A stretch of DNA of 60,290 bases, filler included, from Dugesia japonica (Eukaryota): assembly GCA_001938525.1 (NCBI GenBank). It is 5 parts of 5 records of this genome, joined end to end, with 100 filler letters (N's around TTAATTAATTAA, not from the genome) between each part and the next. Parts side by side here need not be neighbours in the genome. Positions count along the whole stretch, not along the records: positions 45,764 to 60,290 come from MQRL01638438.1; 4 more parts are not named here. One strand, given 5' to 3'. The notes beneath the pieces are model-generated. The model was not told the DNA's origin, made no database searches, and was given only the letters and a program-made list of their open reading frames with translations. Made by a program: the position numbers and the translations under genes. Shown here in pieces: positions 52,000 to 60,290 of the stretch (its first letter is position 1; the number at the start of each line of letters is the position of its first letter).

Positions 52000-54600
52000 T
52001 TTGAACCTGAATGCGTATGTAACTAAGGGCTTAGAATATTTATTAAATATATATTATAACGTCAATTCGTATTATTCAAACAACGTTATTTTGAATTTCC
52101 ATAACTCTCACCTACATCAAAACNTTTTCCATCTTTTTAGCCATTATATTCTGGTTTTCAAATTATTTGAAAACTTGATTTCTGCAGATACAAACCTCAT
52201 TATCTGGCGTGACCCTTCATATAGCAAACCGTTTTTCTTTTGTTTGTGCAGTTCCACTCGGACTAATACTCTTTAAAGTTTCTTTGTCGTCGCTTATCTT
52301 TCTCGACATTTTCCATTTTTTGCACCACCTCTAAATTCTGTTTTATTTTCTCTTTTCTATCTGTCCTTTCTTTTGAGAGCGCTTCCACTTTGGTAATGCA
52401 GATTTATCTTTCGACCAAATACGATTTTGAATGGAGAAAACTTTGTTGAATCTTGTATTTTAGCATTAATACTAAATTCTACTCTCGGTAATAATGTCTT
52501 CCAATATTTCTCATTACATTTCCCTTTTATTGATATCGTAATCATGTCCCTTACTGTTTGGATCATCCGTTCTACAAAACCAGTCGACAGGTGTTGATAC
52601 GGGGAACTAAATTCCTGTATAATTTCAAATTTTCATAGCNTTTTGCCATCAGTTGACTTTTAAACACTTTACCGCTGTCCGTCAGAATAGATTTAGATTT
52701 ACCAAACGGTAAATCCATTTATTCAAGATTTTCATAAAAATAAGTCTTTTCATCCATTTTTGAAACTACAGATAAGCTGACTAGTTTGCTAAAACGATCA
52801 ATAATAACCACCATATATTTCTTTCCAGGCGTGGTCTGTTCCATATAAACTATATCCACTATACTTTGTTCTAAAAGATTTTGTTTTGCACTTTTTATTA
52901 CTTTCATTTTGGCACACATCGCGCATTTATTAATATTTTTATTTATTAATACTTTATTAATATTTATTAAATAATATACTTATATTTATTAATAATTTAT
53001 TTTTATTTTAATACTGTAGTATTACATAATTTGTCCTTTAACGCATTGAAACTATTCTGGTATGCTTCTGTTCAAACTAATGGTTTGTTGCAACCAGAAG
53101 TTGCTTCATATAAAGAAGCTGCTATCTTTGCATAATCTTTTATTAAACGCCTGTAATTGTTTGTTAGTTTGAGAAACGAATGAAGTTTTAAAGAACATTC
53201 TGGAACTATTGCATTCTTAATCTCCTTAATCTTAACTTCATTAGTATGTATACCTTATGCATTCACTGTATATACTAAAACCAACACTTCCTTCTGATAA
53301 AACTTACATTTCTCCAGGTTTATTTTGATTCCTGAGTATCTGATCCTGTAAAAGACTTTCTCTAACAATTTTTCATGATCCTCTAAAAGTTTTCCGTACA
53401 CCAGAATATCGTCCAGATATATAATAANTCCTTTAAAATTAATCCCTCTAATAACTCGTGCATTAACATTTGAAATGTGGCCGATGCTGTAGCTAGTCCA
53501 AAGGCATTTTGTTAAATCCGAATTCATCTTCCTTTGTACTAAAAGCAGTGACATCCCTTGACTTTTCTGCTAACTCTACTTGACCCAGATCATTAGATGA
53601 AAATATTTTCGAGTCAGATAAACAATCTAATAATAACTTAATGTCTAGCGTTGGAAAAGGCACTTTTTCTGTCCTCTAATCTACGAACATTTTTATCGAG
53701 CCGTCCGTTTTACCCACAATCNNNNNNNNNNNNNNNNNNNNNNNNNNNNNNNNNNNNNNNNNNNNNNNNNNNNNNNNNNNNNNNNNNNNATCTTCAATTT
53801 TCGTTTCTAAATGAATTGGCTATTTTTTAAGGTACTGTATTAATGGATCTCCTTTAACTTTTATTTTATGTATTACTTTTCTCGTATGTCCAATATCAAA
53901 CTTTGAAGCCATGAATATCTCACCAAAATTCTTGATCAACTGAATACTTTTTCTGTTATCAATTCATTTAAACAACTTGAACGCATTATCTTTTCTATCA
54001 TAACATATAAGATCAGAATGTGTTATCTACTGACTTTCATTTTGGATGTTATTTATTTCTGTTTATTTTCACTCCAAACCTTACACAAATTTGAATAAAA
54101 TTTCAAATAATATCTGTAAGGGAAGAGATTTCTAGCAAGAACAGACAACAGAACGTTAGTCTTTCTAAACAACACAAAAAATCCAATCAGTCCACAGTTC
54201 TAGACGTGGATGGCAAATTTTGAAGAGTATGATTTAGAACTCAAGTATAGAAAAGGCGAAGAACATTGTATCAATAACGCATATTAATTTGGGGTGGATC
54301 TGTCTAAATATGATGAATTTAATTTTCCTGACTTTCTTGTTCTTCTGTATACTTAATTCTGCTATAACCAATGGTTTTTTTCCACCTTTATTAAATGCTC
54401 CATTTAATCTGATATTTTACATCAACAACAACGGTATTTTAATTTTAATTTAATAATTTTTACTCATGACTGTCGCCAAAGCTCCTGAATCCCACAACAT
54501 CTCTAACTTTTCTCCATTAATACNNNNNNNNNNNCACTTTCGTCAATCTGCTTTGTCAAACATCTCTCCTCTTTATTCATCATTTTGATTTATTCTATAT
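52000..54600 (-). mobile_element. Ty3/Gypsy element, decayed and rearranged
   Basis: Protease MLWDSGA at about 54495, RT IYLDDILVY/KINLEKC at 53255-53554, integrase MVVIIDRFSK, YQHLSTGFVERMIQTVR, FSPF. Confidence 0.85.
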
Positions 54601-55632
54601 TTTTCTATACTGACTCCATCAACAAAATGTAAGCAATGGAGTTGTTCTGGTTTTTCACCATTACTACACCATGATTTGTCACATTCTTATTGTCTTCTTT
54701 TGAATTGTTTAATACACAAAAAATACACAAAAGTTTAGTGTTCTTTCTATTAGATTAACCCTATAAAATGAATATAGATTAAATAAATAAAAATTATATA
54801 GATTTCTTGTTATGTTAGCATTTTGGTACGAGTAAATAAATTAAGTTAGTTTTGTTGTCAAAGAGCTTTCAGCAAATACAGTTGATATAAGGAAATTTTT
54901 ATTGCATTTTAAAAATATTTTATCTTGAAAAGTAAGATATAAAAAATTAGATTTAACAACTTTTATTTTAGGCTAAAGAACCTGGATGAAGAATTAAATA
55001 TAAAATCAGAATTTACTATGAAATAATAAAAAAAATAAAATTTTGAGTATTATTCTGAAGATGACATCATAAAAAGTTATATATAACAGAATTTTTCAAT
55101 CAAATGATTTTCAAAGCCAGGCAGGTTATGTAAGAACATATTAAATAACTCGAAAACCTTTACATATCTCCAATTAATTTAGTACATTTCGTAAATTAGA
55201 TAGGAATTCTATAAAAAAATGTACAATTGATCGACATAAGACTTTAAAGAAAGTATCTGTAAAGTACGGTCAGCGAGCTGAATACCGCCCACTGCGTGAT
55301 TTTATCCGGCCCAAATTCAAAACGTTATTATAAGTTATAAGTCATTTTTGACTTATTTTATGTAATATTAATTTTCAGGTCCGTGGCCACGACTAAGTTG
55401 CACAAGCCTTCTTTAAAGGTAAAATTCTATTTTGGATAATGAAAATTTAATTGCATAATGTACAATCAATATAAATGTTAACATTTGAGTTTTAGAATAA
55501 AAGTGATGAAAACTATNNNNNNNNNNNNNNNNNNNNNNNNNNNNNNNNNNNNNNNNNNNNNNNNNNNNNNNNAAAAAACAAAAAGCCAATAATATTTTTA
55601 ATTCTCTTGATCCTAGCTTGTTTGACTATCGT

Positions 55633-55849
55633 CAGGGCTGGCCCTAGAGTCGAGCCAGTTAGGCCATGGCTCGGAGCGCACGGTAAATTGTGGGACTAAA
55701 TATATGCGAAAAAATTAAATCAAACCTTCACAAGATATTAGGGCGACATGAGANTTATATTTTTTTAATAGTAAATTAAAATTATGGTATGTACATAAAA
55801 ACAATTTAAAACCTTGGCCTAGGGCGCGTCAAATTCCCAGACTGGGTCT
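55633..55849. mobile_element. hAT-type MITE
   Basis: CAGGGCTGGCCCTAG left end and a degenerate inverted right end; local GC-rich island. Confidence 0.5.
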
Positions 55850-55854
55850 GGCTG

Positions 55855-56035
55855 CAGTAATCATAAATGCATCAGAGGAATGAAGTTTTTCAAAACTATT
55901 GTTGATTAAAATATATTTGAGATCAACAACAAAACAAGAGTAACTTAGCAACTTAACTATTTTAGTAATAGAATTAGAAGAAGTCCGTAATTTAAATCAG
56001 GAAGATATTTTAAGCTCTTTGGCAGAAATAAGTAT
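55855..56035 (+). pseudogene. hAT C-terminal dimerisation domain fragment
   Basis: NASEE*SFSKLLLIKIYLRSTTKQE*LSNLTILVIE. Confidence 0.8.
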
Positions 56036-56394
56036 ACACAATATATTTTGTTCCATAATACATTTTGAAATCAATTTTTTTATAGTCCTAATATTTTTAT
56101 TATATATTAAAAATTATAATTAATGAATGTAAAAAAATATAATTCATATAATTACATTGCCGTGATTTCAGTATAAATATAAAGTCTGGCCCGTTAACAC
56201 ACGGTAGTCTGGGTCCAAGATTTACATACTCTCTGAAAACTCTATTAAGTGCAAAGAATTTATTTATAAAATGAAATTTCAAATCTTCGAATCTTCCAAA
56301 AACTGTTTTTAAAAGCTGAATATTTAAACAAAGTTTTTAAATATTTTTGTTGGGGTACATTTGTAACACACAAAACACAGCATGCACAACACGC

Positions 56395-56522
56395 AAACAT
56401 AACATCACANCACCTCAATCAATCCTCTATCAGTTCATCAAACACAATTCGATCATCCAAACATAACATCACATCACCTCAATCAATCCTCAATCAGTCC
56501 ATCAAACACAATTCGATCATCC
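56395..56522 (+). repeat. 64-bp tandem duplication in an LTR-like segment
   Basis: Two near-identical units start at 56395 and 56459. Confidence 0.9.
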
Positions 56523-57329
56523 AGCCTCAAGCAGACCTTTAAGATGTCAATCCAAATATTGATTGTAGACATTTATATTGCAATCATTTATTTAATGACA
56601 TTTATATTCCAATTATTTATTTAATGACATTATTTATTTTAATTATTTTATATTTATAAATTGTACAGTGTTTCAACTATTTTTAGTTTTATGCTGAAAT
56701 TTATTGATTTTCTTTATTAGTGGTGAAAAATTTTCTCAATAATGTTAAGTTCATCTGAATTTATTTTTGAACAATATTTTTGTAAACAATGAACAATAAT
56801 TGTGTAGTAGTTCATAAGAATTTATTTTGAACAATAATTTTTTTATGAACAATAATTGTATAGTAGCTAGTGGGTGTATGAAACCCACTAACGTAAAAAT
56901 CAGTATAATACTGATTAGTTTTAGTAGTTAGCCAGACAATTTTTTTGCAGAGACTATAACCTCTTCCGGCAGCAGTCCTCTGTCAAAGTAAATTATTGCG
57001 CTATGACTACTACGTGTATTCAAAATAAATCTTAAAAGGTGAATTGTTTATTTATTTATATAAGAGACGGTTACAATATATTACCCTATTTATACGTTTC
57101 GATTAAAATATCTGTTGTATAGTACTGTATTGACATACCAAAGAGAAATCAACATTTATAAAATAATACACACATTATCATANNNTACACACATTATCAT
57201 ACAATAATTTAATAGTCGAACCATAAAATCTCTTTGTTGAGATTATTAAATACCCAACATTTTAAAAAATTCTTGAAATCTTTTATAACATTTTCTTTTT
57301 TAAACTTTGAATTGCTATTTTCAATTTTT

Positions 57330-58006
57330 AATCCTTAAATATTTTTTAAATTTCTAGCTCTTTTCCATTTGCATTTTGTATACGATATCTTCTCTCATGT
57401 ACCTTCTCCGTGATCTTGTATGGGCCAGCGTATCTTTCATTATCTTTTGTTCTAGTTTTTAGTTTTATCAATACTTTGTCTCGCACTCGGAATTGTATTT
57501 TTGTAGGTATTTCTTTTATCGACCCTTTGTCATCTCTTTGGCTTTCGAACCATTGTTCTCTGTGAATTTTCCTACAGAATACTAATTCTGCTGGTGATAT
57601 TCTCAATGTCTTTTAACTTGCCTCATGCATTCGATCTCCGGTATCTTGTTACTCCAATCCTTTCTTTTATCTTCCTATGCGGCTCCATTAATAAAGTCTC
57701 TGATTGTGCGGAATTGACTCTCTATAATCCCGTTTGCATTGTGACGGTATGGACTTGAAAAATGTACTTCTATATTCATCAATTTCATCAGATTCTTGAA
57801 GTTTTTTGATTCAAATGTTTTACCAATGTCCACGTGAACTTCTCGTGGTTCTCCAAATCTGAGGATCCATTTTTCTATTATCACTTTTTTAATCGTCGCA
57901 TCATCTTGCTTGCTTATTGCCGTTAGGCTTACATATCGTCTGTATTGGTCTATTATTTCACATATATATCTTTGTTTGTTCACAGCCTCTCAAAAAGGCC
58001 CACATA

Positions 58007-58047
<41 letters not shown>

Positions 58048-60290
58048 TTTCAAGTGCACAATTCCCGCTTAATTTAACTGTTGTCTCTTTTATTGCCACA
58101 GTATTAACTTTGTTCTTTTGACACGCTTTACACTGTCTTATCATTTCTGTGATTGTCTTCTTCAATTCTTTTATGTTGTAGATGCAGATTATATAGCTGA
58201 TCATTTTTTTTGTTCCTGCATGTATTAACGATGTATGTATTTCTTTGATCATTGATATTCTTTTCTCTTTTGGAATCCAAATTTTCCCATCACTTGTTTT
58301 CACTATAATACTTTCGACTCTATATTTTGAATCCTTTCTTTCTTGAATATCTCGTTTGATTATTTTGATTTCCTCTATTCTCTCTTGCCATTTGCATCTC
58401 TCTATCTTTATCATCAAGATATCTTCATCTTCCATATCTTTGTTCTATTTGACATTGAGTGCCCGTTCCACATTTCATTCTTGAGAGCATATCTGCGTTT
58501 GTGTGTTTCTCGCCTTGTCTATATATTAGTTTCATGTCTAGACTGCTAAGNTAATTCATCAATGTATGGAACTGGGGTGTTATCGGTGTGTTCGTCTTTT
58601 TAATGAATACGATGACTTGTGATCTGCGCTCGTTATGAATTTTTTTTCATGTAAATAATGTTTAAAGTGGTTGCAGAAGTAGTAGATTGCTAGTAATTTT
58701 TTCCGTGTAATACAGTAACCCTTTTCATGTGATGTCATTGCATGTGAGCTGTAAGTAAAAACCTTTTCTCTTTCATAATCATCATTTTATGATAGGACCG
58801 CTCCTATTGCGCCGAAGCTGGAGTCAATATCGAAGATAAATGTCTTCTTTATATCAGGGAATCCTAGAATAGGTGCTTCTGTCAGTGCTTATTTCATTTC
58901 TGCGAAAGCTTTCTCATATCCATCTGACCATATTAGCTTGGTCCTGTTGCTTTCACATAATTCTTCTAGGGCTCTTAATTTCTTTGAATAATTCTTGACG
59001 AATCTTCTGTAATAATTACATATTTCAAGGAAGCTTCTCAGGCTCTTTACGCATTTGTTTTTCTCAAAATTCTTGATAGCTTCGATTTTCATTGGATCTG
59101 TTCGAATTCCTTCTTTATCTATTATGTGACCAAGAAATTTTACTTCTGTGCATAATAGGTGACATTTTTCTGGATTCACTCGCCACCCTGCCATTTGGAT
59201 TCGCTCTAATACCTTACCCAGAGTTATATAATGCTCTTTTAGTCTTTCAGAAAATATAATTATGTCATCCATATACACCATTGCTCCATCTAGACTGTCC
59301 AATACTTTTGTCATTAGTTCTTGGAATGTTCCTGGGGATGCTGCTATGCTAAATGGCATTCTTGTGAAGCAATATTGACCATTTTTTGTCGAAAAGGCTG
59401 TTTTCTCTTGCGACTCTTTTTCTAACGGTACCTGGTAATACGCGTTTCCAAGTCTATGGTTTTGAAACATTTGGCCCCATACAAATTGTCTAACATTTCT
59501 TCCACGTTTGGCATTGGAAAGGCCTGACATTTCGTAACTGTGTTTAGTTTACTGAAGTCCAAGCAAAGTCCTAAATCCTTTCTGTCTTCCTTCCAGATGC
59601 ATATCAGTGGGCTGTTCAATTGCCAATTAAAGTTTCTTATAATATTAGTGTCCGCTAAATTTTTTATGACCGTATCTATTTTTTCTTCTAGATTCATGGG
59701 TTGTCTCCAAGGCTTCGTATTTATTGGATTACCCTTTGTCACTATCTTGTGTTCTGCCAACTTTGTGCATCCTATATCCCAGTTATCTGCCATGAATACT
59801 CCTAAATGTTGTACTATTATCTTTTTCAGTTTCTCATTTCGTTTTGTCATCAAAATTTTTAAAGCCCTCATTTCTCTTTCAGCATCCTCAATTTTACAGC
59901 CAAACCTTGCGTTTATGTTGTAGATTCACTGTTCATCCTCATNATCCTTTGTTTCTTTCTTGCATGTTTATTTCTCTAACAAGGTTTGGACTCATTTTTT
60001 CCCCTACTATGAATTGTACTGTTTTCTTACTGTTTCCGATCTTCACGTCTACATATATCTTGCCCGCAATGTTCATTCTGCTATTATTTGCGCATTTTAA
60101 CACGTCATCAATTCCTATCAGCTCTACATTTGTCATACTTCTAAATATATTTAGGCTCATCACGTTTATTTTTGCACTTGTGTTCAAAAGGCAGTCAATA
60201 TATCTTCCTTGAATTCTAACTTCCACAATGAACCTTGCATTCTATCATAATTTATTTGTACTTGTTCATTCTCTTCTAATACCATTATTC
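57330..60290 (-). mobile_element. Ty3/Gypsy pol (PR-RT-RH-IN), decayed
   Basis: Protease 59939-60226; RT LCLDFSKLN, FTRMPF, VYMDDIIIF, FLGHII (frameshift near 59440); RNase H about 58480-58880; integrase HHCC, IIDQY, HVDIG, NGIIESQF, YAGPY. Confidence 0.93.

Overview
Very AT-rich eukaryotic (metazoan) genomic DNA with short spliceosomal introns; a planarian or similar flatworm is plausible but only an inference. The window is five contigs joined by artificial 100-bp spacers (44 N + TTAATTAATTAA + 44 N at 10116, 21490, 31664 and 45664), so adjacency across those points is not biological evidence. Three partial host genes are visible: a hillarin/KY-type transglutaminase-like gene (+, 5493-8870), the first coding exon of a KIF21 kinesin (-, 34025-34263) and a highly divergent Slo/BK-family K+ channel (-, five RCK1 exons, 46487-51205) that the ORF track mostly misses. 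The rest is decayed, nested mobile DNA: several Polinton/Maverick (adintovirus-like) remnants (pPolB, packaging ATPase, integrase, penton tail, amphipathic-helix ORF, major capsid, adenain protease, AGT...ACT TIR termini), Ty3/Gypsy LTR elements, hAT, Tc1/mariner and piggyBac transposons, and Penelope-like elements whose pseudo-LTRs carry minimal hammerhead ribozyme motifs. The most notable observation is a TATA-binding-protein-like gene inside the Polinton, head-to-head with the virion module across a 90-bp spacer with back-to-back TATA boxes. All calls come from manual translation and motif recognition; no searches were run, and boundaries of decayed elements are approximate.
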